A DNA stretch of 63,691 bases, filler included, from Pelomyxa schiedti (lineage: Eukaryota; Protista; Evosea): assembly GCA_020536535.1 (NCBI GenBank). It is 10 parts of 10 records of this genome, joined end to end, with 100 filler letters (N's around TTAATTAATTAA, not from the genome) between each part and the next. Parts side by side here need not be neighbours in the genome. Positions count along the whole stretch, not along the records: positions 35,772 to 56,968 come from JAHLWZ010001076.1; 9 more parts are not named here. One strand, given 5' to 3'. Each line of letters opens with the position of its first letter. Position 1 is the stretch's first letter. Of the stretch, positions 37,268 through 49,843 are shown piece by piece. The translations under genes and the position numbers were made by a program. The notes under the pieces were generated by a model. That model had not been told where the DNA came from and ran no database searches. It saw only the letters and a program-made list of their open reading frames with translations.

Positions 37268-40079
37268 ATGGCCGACGCAGGAGACGGCTACACCGCCATG
37301 ACAGACGACGGCGACAACAGCACATTCAGACACCGACCAGCAGTGAGCACGGACCTGGACTACACCCTCGAGGGCGCCGGGGAGTCCCCGAGCGCAGGAG
37401 GAGACCAGTCGTCTATGATGATGATGAGCGCGATGATGGCGGAGGCAGGAGGGGGCTCGGGGGCGGGGGCGGGGGTGGGGGTCGGGGAGAGCGAGGTGTC
37501 GCGGGTGATGAGGCGCAGGCTGGAGCCCGAGGAGGAGACGCTGTGGACCAAGGTGAAGAAGCCCGTGGTCTTGTGGTTCAAGAACGAGGAGTACAAGACC
37601 CTGCTCACTTACAGGTCCGATAAAATAGGTTGGTTGGTTGGTGGGATTGTTGGTTGATTGGCTTGGGTGTTGAGCCGGTGCCTTGATTGCGGGATTGCGG
37701 TTAGACCAGAGTGTTATTGTCACTCACTTTTTTTCTTGTATTGGCTATGGTGTATTGTGGCAAATAGATTCAAATTTAACAACCTTTTTTTTTTTTCTTT
37801 CTTTCCTACTTTTTATGTGTAGTGAGGATTAAAGACTTCAGGCTGGGCATATTAAATTATATCCTCTTGCTAACTGCAGTGGTGGTTGTGGTGTACTTTA
37901 TGGTTTACGTAAATGAGGGATACAATGAATACGACAGTGCCACAGGATTATTTAAGTTGAGTTTACTGGAGGTCGAAACTTTGTTATTCCCACGTGATTT
38001 TTCTCAAGTAACAATATACCAAATCAAGCCAGATGCTGTCACTCCAGTAGATTCTCATTACTGTGACCCTTCTTGTGTTGACTTCGCAGGTTTCCTGCAA
38101 TAGCTCTTCCCTCTTGCACGGTCTTACTGACTCAGGTGAGAGCAACTGCAATTGTGTCTACTGGGATCCAGTCGATCTTGTTTATCCAGTTGACCAGGAG
38201 AAAATGATTTTTATAACCACGAAAGTCATTCAGCAATCGTATCAGCAACGGCAGGATCCCTGTGACGGTACTTGCAATTTCTTACTCTGATGCTATGCCT
38301 AAGTTGACATACAGAAGATACATGCCATACCCCTTGGACAACAGGTGTTACTGACTCTTGGTATACTGTTGATGTTGACCAGTATCTGGTGCGTTTTACT
38401 ACCTTGGGGCCCGCACTGATCTAAATGTTTTAACAAGTTGAGTATCTATCACCAAGCCGTAGCCCCATATTTTTTGCAACAAGACATCAAAGCCCATGAC
38501 GGTGTTGAACCTGGAACATCGTGGCACTCCCGATATGTTCAAACGTGTTGGGATCTATTTGGCCAACTGTTGGACACGGAAGGTAAGTATGCCCAATTGC
38601 GAGTGACAGGTTAAAACCAGTGTTTTACAGGACATCCTATCTACAATTCTGTTTCTGGACAATCAGATGCAATCCCTATTGGGTCACTCGTTGAGGTTAA
38701 GTCCTACCTGCCAGAGTTGAAACATTTTTCCCTAAGATACATAGGCTTCTGGTGAAAACTGGACAAGGGCTATGGATTTGGGTGGTATGTTCCGAGTAAT
38801 CATTGAGTATGGAGATTGCAAAGATCTTATTTGGTATGATGATGAAGGTACAATGTGGAGCACTCGTATTGACATTCAAACATTTTTTGTAGAGACCAAT
38901 AAGATATGCAATTCGGCATCGGGGGCTGTAAACTACTATCAGTACCGAGTTATTCACCTCCCTCAACAATTTTCGACGTGGCACACAATGGTGAGGTACC
39001 TTCACCTGCTTTCTGAAATTTCAGTAAAATAATTAGTGTGGACCAGCAAACTCGTGCTGTTAGAAATTCCACAGGTTATCTTTCTCTTTGCTTGTGGAAA
39101 AGACATATTAATACATAGGGATCAATTTCATTTTCACCATAACTGGGACATTCTCCAAGTTCTCCTTTAGTTCCCTTATGACTACCCTTGTGTCTATCTA
39201 CATTTTCATTAGGTAAATGTAATGGATTCAACGGCAACAACTAATGAAACACTTAGCCTTACATCCTTTGTTGTAGATTTTATTTTATTATTTGCAATGC
39301 CAGAAAGGAAGCTTTATGCCCTGGCCAAGTTCCCTAAAACCACTTAAATGAAACAATAACACTCAAAGGTATGAGATGACTGAGAATTTTTCTCAAATGC
39401 GGAAAGATATGATGCAACAATCAAGCATTAAACAAAAAATCGATAAACTGCGTCAAGTGGCCACATACAAGAACTTGAAAGATGTCATACAACTTCTCAA
39501 AGAGATGAATGTAGACCCCTTTTACCATTTGTGAGAGCTAAGGCCAAATCTTCCGCTAGACCATTCTTCCTCCAGCTCACGTGGATCAACTTGCACTAGC
39601 TTGCATGGAAGTCTATGTTGATGATAGGGACTTTGAGGCTGCAGCACAATGTTCTATATTTATTACTGGAGATAGTAGTAAATGTGCAGCTGAGGTTCTT
39701 ACTTGCCCCAACAACTTGTCCATACATAAACCTGCCTCAGATACTTTTGAATCATCTTAAGGAGGCATACCTGTTGGCTGTTCAGTTTGACTCGATTGAA
39801 GATGTCTACAAGGTCTCACCAAACAACCGGCAGGTTCTTACCATACTCAATCCAAACACAGGTCAAAGATGAAGCCAACCGGCAAAGGAACCATGTTGTC
39901 ATGTCCCTATGTGAGAAGTATCTTTCCTCCAGAGTGCACAATGTTGGGGAAGGTATTGTACAACAACATTGTTGGACACTGTGAAATTGACTTACATTTC
40001 ATTAGTTTTAGAGGACACAACACCAGGTGCTGAGGAGACCCCCGGAGCCATGCCCAGTGTCAATGTATTTGGCGACTAA
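37268..40079 (+). CDS. P2X receptor-like ATP-gated cation channel with an extended helical C-terminal domain
   Basis: TYRSDKI|VRIKDFRLGILNY+TM1, Cys-containing ectodomain with FITTKV, GINFIFTITGTFSKFSFSSLMTTLVS+TM2 (VVDFIL) and YALAK|YE (YxxxK motif), all typical of amoebozoan P2X. Confidence 0.88.
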
Positions 40080-40196
40080 AAAACACTATGTTCTTCTCTC
40101 TTGTGAGTGATAGAAAAGAAAGTTTTGTAGCATTTAACCCTCAGGCAAAAAGGGTCTTTCTAGGGTTTTTTTTTGTACAAAACTAGGACTTCGCTT

Positions 40197-40890
40197 TTTT
40201 TCAAGCCAAGGATTTGTAGCCGTGTGGGATGTGGGGTTTGATCCAGTAAGCCCAGATAACGAGGAAGAAGAGAGAGCAAATCACTGCTATGGAAATGAGA
40301 GCTCCTCTGGTTGAGATAGGAACTCCAGCCTTGGCCTATTTGAAAGTGGAATGGATAAGTGTGAAGTGAGGAGTAAATTACTACGGACCGTTGTTTGATG
40401 AGCACAGAGTACACATTCTTCACACTCTTCGAAGTCAGGTACATGGCAGGGCTCACAGAAATATGTGTGGTTGTATGCCTGCTGTTCAATAGTACGAGGA
40501 AAACTGGCTCCGCACTAAGGAAATAAAACGTAAGAACCGGCTGTGCAAGATAGCATTGAAATTGGTACCTGAAGCGTTGCCCCCTCGGATGCTCTTTTCT
40601 ATGTGATATTAGACATCATAACACAATGCGAAAGTAATTGTGTATCTAAGTAAGAGATACAGAGGGCTAAAACACCTTGCACGCCGGGCACCAAGCGCAA
40701 CCACGGCACTCGGGAACCGAACATGGAGAACAGATCTGGCCGAGATTTTCCGCGTTGTCGAGGAGGCAGTCCATGCTGCAGGGTCCTTTGGTGGGCCGGG
40801 TCAGGGTGACGAGCGTGGTCTCGCGGGACGAAGTTGCTACGATGAAGATCGCGGCAATGACTAATGCGGTGCTAAATACGATGTTCTCGG
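40197..40890 (-). CDS. Small Cys-rich membrane protein (start codon not identified)
   Basis: Hydrophobic N-segment, CSPCSVPECRGCAWCPACK and CEPCHVPDFEECEECVLC repeats, C-terminal TM (LISIAVICSLFLVIWAY), GT-AG introns. Confidence 0.45.
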
Positions 40891-41290
40891 CATGTTAACA
40901 GGCAGACGTCGATAGTGGTGGGCCCTTGTCCGGCTTCAAAGATCCCTTTATTACGTATTGGATTTAAATATTTTATGATTGTGAAACTTTTCGTTGCCCT
41001 TTTCTTTTCTTCTTGACAGGCAATTTCGCAGGTGCAACTCAGAAAACGCAGAAAAAATTTCCTCTTGCGAAAGCTCCTCGGAAATTGTTCCAAGATCTTT
41101 CCAGCACCTCCCGTGCATGAGATCCATCAACACCCCCACACCCCTTCCATTCCGCTCATTCCCCCCATGTCCAGGGGTGATGATGTCCAAGGTTCATTCC
41201 ATACACCCCCTCTCATACATTTACTTAGAGTTTGTTGTCTCAGAACGACGTTTCGTTGTGCCTCTGTGGGAAAATAGAAAAAAAAAACCA

Positions 41291-42873
41291 ATGCAAGTGG
41301 TGTATGCCAGGGAGGCGCTTCCACCGCAGCTCGCAAAGTCCATTTTTTTGGCAGGTCCCACACCGAGATCCAATGAAGTTGCGTCGTGGAGGCCGGAGGC
41401 AGTGCATGTGTTATCACAACTAGGTACGCTATGGCTTGGCGTTTGTTTGTTTGTTCCCATCACGATATTTGGTGAGATCTGGGGTCTCGGGGTTGTAACT
41501 TAGGTTTTTTGTTTTTTTTTAGGTTACGATGGGGTTGTGTTTGTGCCTGAGAACAGGTCTCGAGAAGCGGCTTATGATTATGTTTCCCAAGTGAGCTGGG
41601 AGGAAACGTGCTTAAATGCTGCTGGTTGGTTCCTTCTTTGCATACCTTCTCAGTTGTTTTTATGGGGTTCTCTCAATAAGATTGCATTGTATTTTGGCTG
41701 GCAAGAAATAATACTACTATGTTGGCACTTACCACCAATTCTGAGTGGGGAGTGTGGCATACCACTGGCAAAGCTGTCCTTGGCACCCCTGAGGGAGCTT
41801 TTCGGGTACTTTCATATAAAAGAGGGTGCACAACTTATATCTTCAGGTATCCTATCAAGAACACCAAGCTAGGGACCAAAATATTCCACTCTGCCACACA
41901 CTTGAAGAGACTCTAAGTGCGGCAATAAAATTAATTGGTGCAGGTTCCCTCCGCGTGAAAGGGGAAGTGAGGATTCCATTGATTGTATGGAATACACCAA
42001 TGTTCCAAAGTTGGTACAAATTTCAGAAAGCCAACTCAAACGAAATTTGTGATGCAAGAGTGGTTTGTCTTCCAGTAACGAGATTGCATTTTGTTGATGG
42101 TTAACCAGAGGTGGACGTTTAAAGCTAAGGAAATGGCCTTCTTTTGGGCTCTTTGGGTACGGTATTTTCATCTTTCCAGTCTCCACTTAACGTAAAAAAT
42201 ATTCCCTCACATAGGTCGATATACTAATTACCTCTGAGGGTCGCCACAAAACAAATGAACTGGTCATTTCACGGCCAGGTACATCAGAGTAGTAGGCGTG
42301 GCTAACTTTCTTGAGTAGATATTTCCATTACCGTTCTTTACTGCAAGAAGGGAGATAATATCATGTCCACAGAAGTTGTTCTTGTACGAGAGTATAGAGT
42401 CTGTGCAAGGTTGGATTTCATTGTGGATGTTTATTTTTAACATTTACTTGAAGGAACCCCGCATCTCTTGTTTGGGAACTTCCAGGTGGGTCTTCTTTTG
42501 ATTGCAGTCATACACCTCTAAAAGTTGCTGTTGATGAATGTGTTGAAGAGACCGGTACATTGCTGTCCAACATCAGTGTTCCACTCAACCCGAAACAGGT
42601 TTTTCTGTGGAATCCAGCCGATTGGTATATCATGGGTCTCGCCAACTCATGGCCACAATGTCAACACACCATGCACATGTTTTTAGTACTGCTCTCAATC
42701 AGACCGAGATGGACAGTATCAAACAAACAGCAACCACGACTACACATGGAGTGACCAGTGACACTGAGTGCACCACTGTTGTTGTGACAACACTAGGCGA
42801 AGTTATGAAGGGAACTTCAGTCCATGTGGACTGGTCAACCCTGGGTGTATTGACACAAGTACTTCTTTCATAA
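41291..42873 (+). CDS. Nucleoside 2-deoxyribosyltransferase-like (NDT) domain fused to a Nudix hydrolase; multi-exon
   Basis: SIFLAGPTPR...SWR...VFVPE...QVSWE...AADCIVFW...LTTNSEWG (NDT), and VVLVREYR...WELPGGS...AVDECVEETG (Nudix box). Confidence 0.85.
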
Positions 42874-42911
42874 GAACTTTCTTTTACATTTCACAAGTAA
42901 GGGTGGTTTTA

Positions 42912-45057
42912 TTACTTGATTTTGATGAAGGTGATGCCATAGTATAGGCCCGGAATGGTGAAACTGACAGCAACACCCGAGGCATCAGTCTCAAAGTAAA
43001 GCCAGTTGCCCATTCCCGCCGTCATTTCAATGAGCATGCACCCAGCAGAGGGGGATTCCTGTGCAAACAGCGTCACGTTCTATTATCATACCAAATGAAT
43101 GGGATGCATGAACATACAGCATATTCTATTGCCTGGAAGGTAAGGTCCCCATAATAGACCATAAGGAAGTCACTTGTAGATACTCCGGGAAACTTTGCAT
43201 GCAGCTGGCCGTTTGTTTCCTTGACTAGAACAAAAGAGGGACTGCCTTCCATCTGGTACACCCCAGCAAAATTATCAGGGTTAACTGCCAACTGCGGAGC
43301 TTGTTGCTTTGCAGAGATGTATGATGTGAATTCCGGCACAAAGAAGTCTGATGCAGTGACCTGATAGACTGTCTGATCAAGTTCTTTTGTGTTCTTGTTA
43401 GGGAAAAAAAAGAACCTTTCCAGTAGTTGATCGTTATTGTTGTAATATTATTGGTGGTGTTGTATAAGCATAAACATACGGCCAGGAGCATTCATAAGTA
43501 CAGCAATTCCTAGATGCAAGTCGGGGAATATTGTTACAATACAGCCATAGCCTTGAACGTCTCCGCTCTTGGTAATCAGGAGATGGTCGTCATAGTAGTA
43601 AGTCTCCCATGGCATTCCTGATTGATGCGTGGGTTGCGAATGAGAGGTTTGAAGTTGTGGGAGAGTTGTTTGTTATGTACCATAGCCACTTTTCCCTTCG
43701 GGATTCCATTGACCAGGGTGAAGCCATTCACGTATTGTGGTACCATCTAGTACTTGTCCAGAACTTGGTGAATATGGCTCATACCAATTCAGTAAGAATT
43801 TCATAAACTTGGACATATCAGCTGTAAAAACAGTTAATTTCAAAATTAAGATTCAGGTAAAAGCGCACATGCAGTAGAGTACATCTGACCACTAGGAGAA
43901 ACCCAATTCATGTTATTAATTGGTACCTCATAACCTCTCGCCATACGGGAAATCACATCCTTACAAAAGTTACTCATTTACCGGGAGAAATTATGCATAC
44001 AGAAGTGTAATCAAAGCCAGTTGAAGACATTCCAAGTGGTGATAGTATGGATTTTGAAACATAATCTTCATAGGTCTGGCCAAAAGTTGGTTCGAGAAGT
44101 CGACCTAAACCGGTATTAATGGTTGAAGAAATTACAAAATTAATATATGTACCAATAAGTCCATAGGCAAGATTGGAGTAGGTTGGACGAGAGCCGGGAG
44201 GAAGGATAAGTGGAATAGTTTTTAACCTGTGGAAAGACATGAAACAAAACACACGAATTGCATTGCCCACCTCTCAAGGATAGTAGCAGTGTCTTCTGTG
44301 CATTCCTCAGTAGAAGTAGGGGGCACGCAAGGGGGAGCTCGTGGTAAACCAGCAACTTGCGAGGCTGCTTGCCTATATTGATAAATTAAATGGAATAAGG
44401 AAGAGGCAGAAGGAAATACCTCCATGTTACACCGTCCCTTGTAGTTGCCCAAGGATTGGGCATGGAAAAGGATGGTACCAGTTTAGAAATGGGATCATCC
44501 AAGGAAACAATATTTCCAAGATCACGTTGTTGTAGCATAGCCAAAACCGCAAAGAGCTTGCTAACAGAGCCGATTCTATGTAAAATTAAGCACAGTTTGT
44601 CAGGGTTTTTGTGAAGGTGTACCGGAAAATTGTATCTGGTCCTGGAGCAACTCCTTCTTGGGTAGCTCCAAAGCCTCCAAACCACAAGTCCTTGTCCTGG
44701 TACACCACCTGCATGGCAACTGCAGTGTGGTTGTAAAGAATTCTAGTTGCCTCCACCTCAGCAGCCAGAGCCTCAAACATTAGAACGAGCTCAGGGTCAG
44801 TGGCACTCACATTGTCCACTGGGAAAAGTCTCCAAGGACACCTTGAAAAAAAGAACTATTAAACGTGCTTATGCCGACAATGAAAATACTGATTCAAACA
44901 AAGTTCACACAATTAGTGTAACACCAAATGCAACATACGTCCAGTAGTCCCCAAATAACAATGACTCAGCTGAAGTAGCTGCTCTTCCATTTGCACCAGA
45001 ACAAAAACTGGTTGTCACCACCAGTACTGCAATTGTCACCAAAAACCAACCAGACAT
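42912..45057 (-). CDS. Secreted beta-lactamase-family (class C-like) serine hydrolase; multi-exon
   Basis: Signal peptide, FR|IGSVSK (SxxK), SLDDP, PGSRPTYSNLAY (YxN), ILSPLGMSST, and TKSG as the third motif. Confidence 0.88.
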
Positions 45058-45320
45058 TTCAAACTTTGCTTGACTCTTGTTCCCAAATGTTTATTTGTTG
45101 CTGTGTTGTTGTTTTCCTCATCGTTTCTCTTTGATCGTATAAAAGCACGAATCACACCACAAAAAAAAGCTACCGCATGGGTGCTTTTGTTCGATACAAA
45201 AAAAACGAAGAGGAAAAAAAAAGTACAACTTTTTTTCTTTCTCCAAAAAACGACCAGATGGGTGCCTTTTTTTTTTTCCTCTACAACAAAATAAAAACGA
45301 ACAGAGTCGGTCTGAGAGTC

Positions 45321-48300
45321 TCAGGGTCTTTTTTGTTGGTACCGAGGAGCGTCCCACTGAGTGTCATACACAGAGTTCTGGAATATGACTCTCCAATGTC
45401 TGTTTGGAATTCCCTCCCATCTGATTGGATTCATAGTTGTCCTGTTGCACACCACGAACTTCCAGTAGAATGAGAACCCCACCATGAGGTTCAGAACCAC
45501 GGTCCACCATCCTCCCTCACAGCGGGTCATAGCCGTGCCCCGCGAGGGTGTCCATGTGCCTAATTCCGGAATGCTGCCGCATACAACAATGCACTGGTCA
45601 GCTGCTGCATGGTAGTGAATCGAGAATTGTAGCTTGGCCGGAATTCTGCCGCAGGGATCAACTAGGTCGCCGGTGAGCTTGCCGATGTATGGTAGCATGC
45701 AGAGCCAGCAGAATTGATGCTTGCAGTGAGAGCATGACATGTGGCTGCACCCTCCATCTTTTTGTATTAGGGTTCGGCATTTGGGACACGGCCGCGCATT
45801 AGTGGATAGCCACTGAAAGGGGAAAAAATCAGAATTGTTTGGTTGGAAAGAATTTTAGGGTGTATAATGCTTTTACCTGGGTTGATAGGTGAGTCTCCTC
45901 CCCAAGCCTTTTTTCTTTTCTTTTCTCTGCTTGATCGATAAAAATCATTTTTGAGATATCAGAACACCTAGTAATATGTTGGATCCTTTTGCTGATTGAA
46001 GGACTTACGATGTTGCTGGGTGATACTCAAGAAAACATTTCACACAAAAGTGAAATCCACACTCACTGCAGATAGCATCGTCGCACGTAGCAAAACCTCT
46101 GTAGTTGCACTTGGGACAACAGACAAAACCATCAATATTACTCAGTCCTTGTCGAAGCGTACTTTGCTCAAATGCTGCTTTGTCTTTAATAGAAGCTCTA
46201 AAAGTAGGATCAATGGAATGCTGGAGAAGGGAGGAAGTATACAGAACGTCATAGTACGAGGCAATACCAATACAGCCACGTTTAGGGCAACGAGGATGCC
46301 CAGAATCATTGTTTTTGAACCACTGATCCAAGCAGTCAAGGCAAAACCTTTGGAGATTAGAAATTCTCGAAGAGGGATCTTGCATACGCATGACCACAGC
46401 GGCTCAAAGAAAGAAGGTCAGTCTCTTCAAGGCATATCTCACATATTCCTTTGACTGGGGGTGAAGGAGTTGGTTCTGCAAGCTCGTTGAATGAAGTGAT
46501 TTTCGAGTCCACTTTCAAATTGACAAGAAGACCCTGAAGGGAACTGAAAGAATTGAGTTTTGAGGGAGAATGCATGTCAAAAAACATACCTTCGAAGGGG
46601 GTTTGTGAGGAAACGTACAAGCTGGAAGTTATTGTTTTTCCTGGCATAATCAATTGGGGTCATGGCGGGGAGGTCGTTATGAGGCTGGCATAAAATGTTA
46701 CTTTCCGCTCCGGAATCCATAAGCAATTTGCATATTGCGGGGTAATTCCCAGCACAAGCTGCATGCAGAGGTGTTTCACCAAATGGAGGAAGTACTGCAC
46801 GTGCATTTGCACCACGGCTCAAAAGAACAATGACTCCTTCAATGCACCCACGTGAACACAAGAGGTAGAGAACGCTTGGAGGAATTCTCGGAAAGAGAAC
46901 ACTCGGCCTTCCAACACCCGAAGGTATTGGCGGAAGTTGTGAGGGATCTATATCAGCTTGTGGGGCTGCCCGGGCAAAACGGATAAACTGTGTGGAGTTC
47001 AATTTTCCATTGCAGAGGCAGAGGGTGGCCCAGTCCAGGCAGGAAGGTTTACATTTGTAGGTTTTCAGAGTTCCTTGGTCATCACACATGCAGCCCCAAT
47101 CCTCTTTAAAATCCCGTGTGCAAAGTTGCTCTAGGGCATCATCTCGAGTGTTTTCAAGTAATAATTGCAGATATGGTGTCGTTTTGGTTCCTTTTATAAC
47201 CGCATCAGAAAGAACACGTACTAAGGCTGGCGAGTGTTGCCCAGAGCGGGATCGACTTGACGATAGCATTGATGCAGCAGCCTCTATTGTGGAAGACTTA
47301 AATCTGAGCAGTAAGTCCACAGTTGCAGGATAAGTGTCAACTGCCCAAGCGAGGGGACCACCCCTATTGGGGTCAACTCCAGAGCTGAGGAGAAGTTCCA
47401 CGGCCTCAGGATTCCAACTCAGGGCAAATACTATGGGTGGCAGCCCATTTATAACAGGAATAGGGATACCTCGCAAGTCCAAAGGAAGGGTGATGGGATC
47501 CAAAGTGGAAGGAAGGGGCACAGTCATCTGGATGGAATTATCAGTTTCTACCTTTGCTGTTGTTGCTGTACTGGCTGTAGGATCCGTAGGTGATGTGGAG
47601 ATAGGTTGACTGGGTGGTGATACAACAGGGGTAGTGCTCTTGAGGAGGGCCTTAAGTAATGTAATGTTGCGGTGTTGTAGGGCAGCTTCAAGTGCCACTA
47701 TTTGATAACAACCATTAGACTTAGAGAGATTCTCCCGGGGAATTGGTGGTAGTTTTTTAATTTCGTCTAGAACTTCCTGGACGTTGTTCTTTTTGACCTT
47801 AAGTAGGAGGGATGCTCTTTGACCTGGAGTCAAGATAAAAGTAGTCTTTTTCTGGGGCTTTTGGATCTCTGCGATACAAATTCGTGGGAGGGGGGATGGA
47901 AGTGGTTCAGGGTTCTCGATTACTTCTGGGAATGTTGGAAGTTTACTGGTTGGTATTACACTTTTTTGTTTGAAAAAGTCAGGAAAGCAGTGAAATAAAA
48001 GAAGTAAGCAAACGTTTTATTTGGAGCCGCATAAAATAGTCTAGCAAGCTGGGAAAGAGTCAAAATTCCTTTTGAGTAACATGTAGCTCCCAATTCCAGA
48101 CAAGAAACAGGACAGCTCCAACGAGAGAGGCTGTCAAAGTGCATAAACTGTTCCAGCTCCTTTGAATTTGTTGCAGAGAGCAGCCACTTGATGACATCAC
48201 TAATTGTGGGTTGTGGGTCTGGAGTTGAAGATGAAGGTGTAGGAGTAGAAGAAACCGATGACGAAGAGGCTGACGTGGAAGATGAATTGGTAGCAGCAGC

Positions 48301-49461
48301 AGTAGAAGAAGAAGCAGAAGAATTAGTAGCAGCAGCAGCAGCAGCAGAAGAAGAAGAAGAAGAAGAAGAAGAAAGGGGTGGAGGAGTTTTTGTGGAATCA
48401 CTTGTAGGAGAATTCGCATTAACTGCTGAAAAATCAGCACCAATCCTCAGGGCACGATGCAGCGCCGGGCAGTTACTTGTGGATAGATTCTGTTCCACAA
48501 CAGAACATTCCTCAACGGGACTGGCACCAGCATGCAACAGAGGCAGAACGCAAGCAGGGCTGATGTCTACTGCCCACGGCAGCGGCGTCCCATCATGGGG
48601 ATCGGCGCCCGCTTGCAAAAGCAAAGAAACGGCCCTCGGGCACCAGGACACCGCAACAACAAGAGGCCTCACGCCATTGATGCTGGGCAAAGGGACTCCG
48701 CGCAAGTCCAGGGGCAAAGGGATTACGGAAATCTTTGGGTGAGGCGTGGCCTTTGGTGCAGCCTTGCCCGGTGCCGACGACGAGGAAGCAGAAGCAGAAG
48801 CAGAAGCAGAAGCAGAAGCAGAAGCAGAAGCAGAAGCAGAAGCAGAAGCAGAAGCAGAAGCAGAAGCAGAAGCAGAAGCAGAAGCAGAAGTGGGCGAGGG
48901 AGGAGAAGCTGTTGATGTAGAATTGCCGGAAGTAGCCGTGTCGGGTTTTGTCTCTGATGTAGAAGCTGCCGTCGTGGGTGATGTTGTTGCCGTTGACGTC
49001 GCTGCTGGTGTTGGTGTTGGTGTTGGTGTTGGTGTTGGTGTTGGTGTTGGTGTTGGTGTTGGTGTTGGTGTTGGTGTTGGTGTTGGTGTTGGTGTTGATG
49101 ACGAGGCTGGTGGTGGTTGAGCTGGGGGAAGACGCTGGGCGAGGAGTGCCTCGAGGCAGGGCATGGAGCGGTGGACGAGGCAGAGCCTGAGGGCCAGGGT
49201 GTAGACCGAGCACGAGTCGGACTGCACGGGGTCCATGAACGCCGCGATGGACCAGTGGGGCCCGCGGCCCCCAGCCAGCACCCCCATCAGCCGCGACGCC
49301 TTGTTTTCCACTACGCAGTGCGTGAGGGACGAGGTCATTCGGGGCGTGAGCTTGGCGAATTGCGCGGGCTTCGTGGCCGCCTGCGCCGTGGAGGTGGACG
49401 CAGGGGCCGAGGCTGAGGTTGTGGTGGGAGGTGGAGAAGACACGGGCGGAGTGGTTGTCAT
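45321..49461 (-). CDS. Ankyrin-like repeats + RBR (RING1-IBR-RING2) E3 ubiquitin ligase + C-terminal CBM20
   Basis: GETPLHAAC ankyrin; CEIC..CGH..FCLDC..CPKRGC (RING1); CPKC..CSECGFHFCVKC..H (IBR); CPKCRTLIQKDGGCSHMSCSHCKHQFCWLC (RING2); VVCGSIPELGTW...GGWW...WKFV...RWEGIPNR (CBM20). Confidence 0.85.
48784..49097. repeat. Coding hexanucleotide microsatellites (GAAGCA)n and (GGTGTT)n encoding (SA)n and (TP)n on the minus strand
   Basis: Perfect arrays at about 48785-48889 and 49007-49097 within the RBR gene. Confidence 0.9.
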
Positions 49462-49843
49462 CTCCAAGAGGATGGGAGTGGGTGGATTCGAGGTTGTTGT
49501 GTTTTGTTGTTCCTGTTGTGGGCCGCCTTGGCTTTCTTTTGCTTTAATTTCCGGGATACAAAGTGGGAACGCGTGAGCGTTCTTGTTCTGTGAAAGTTTC
49601 TGAAAGGAGAAGATTTCGTTCTGGCTGATACACCCGAGCGAGAGAGGGAGAGCCTGGAACAGGTACCCCGTGACCCTGGATACGAGGACAACGAGGACTG
49701 CGAGGACGACGAATACGACGAATACGAAGAATACGATGATTACAGTTGGCTTTTCTCCAGTGCGTCGAGTTGAAGGCGTCAAACAATACACATATAACAT
49801 AAACTCCACCTTTTTCCTTTTTCCTTTTTCCCTTTTCTCACAG

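Noticed and set aside
48060-49213. Overlapping ORFs with (RS)n, (QK)n, (EA)n, (FC)n and poly-L
   Set aside because: These are alternative-frame readings of the microsatellites in the RBR gene.
49462-49809. 5' extension of the 617-aa ORF as part of the RBR protein
   Set aside because: It is the antisense of an acidic coding-like stretch and the likely promoter region; MTTTPP at 49461 is the more plausible start.
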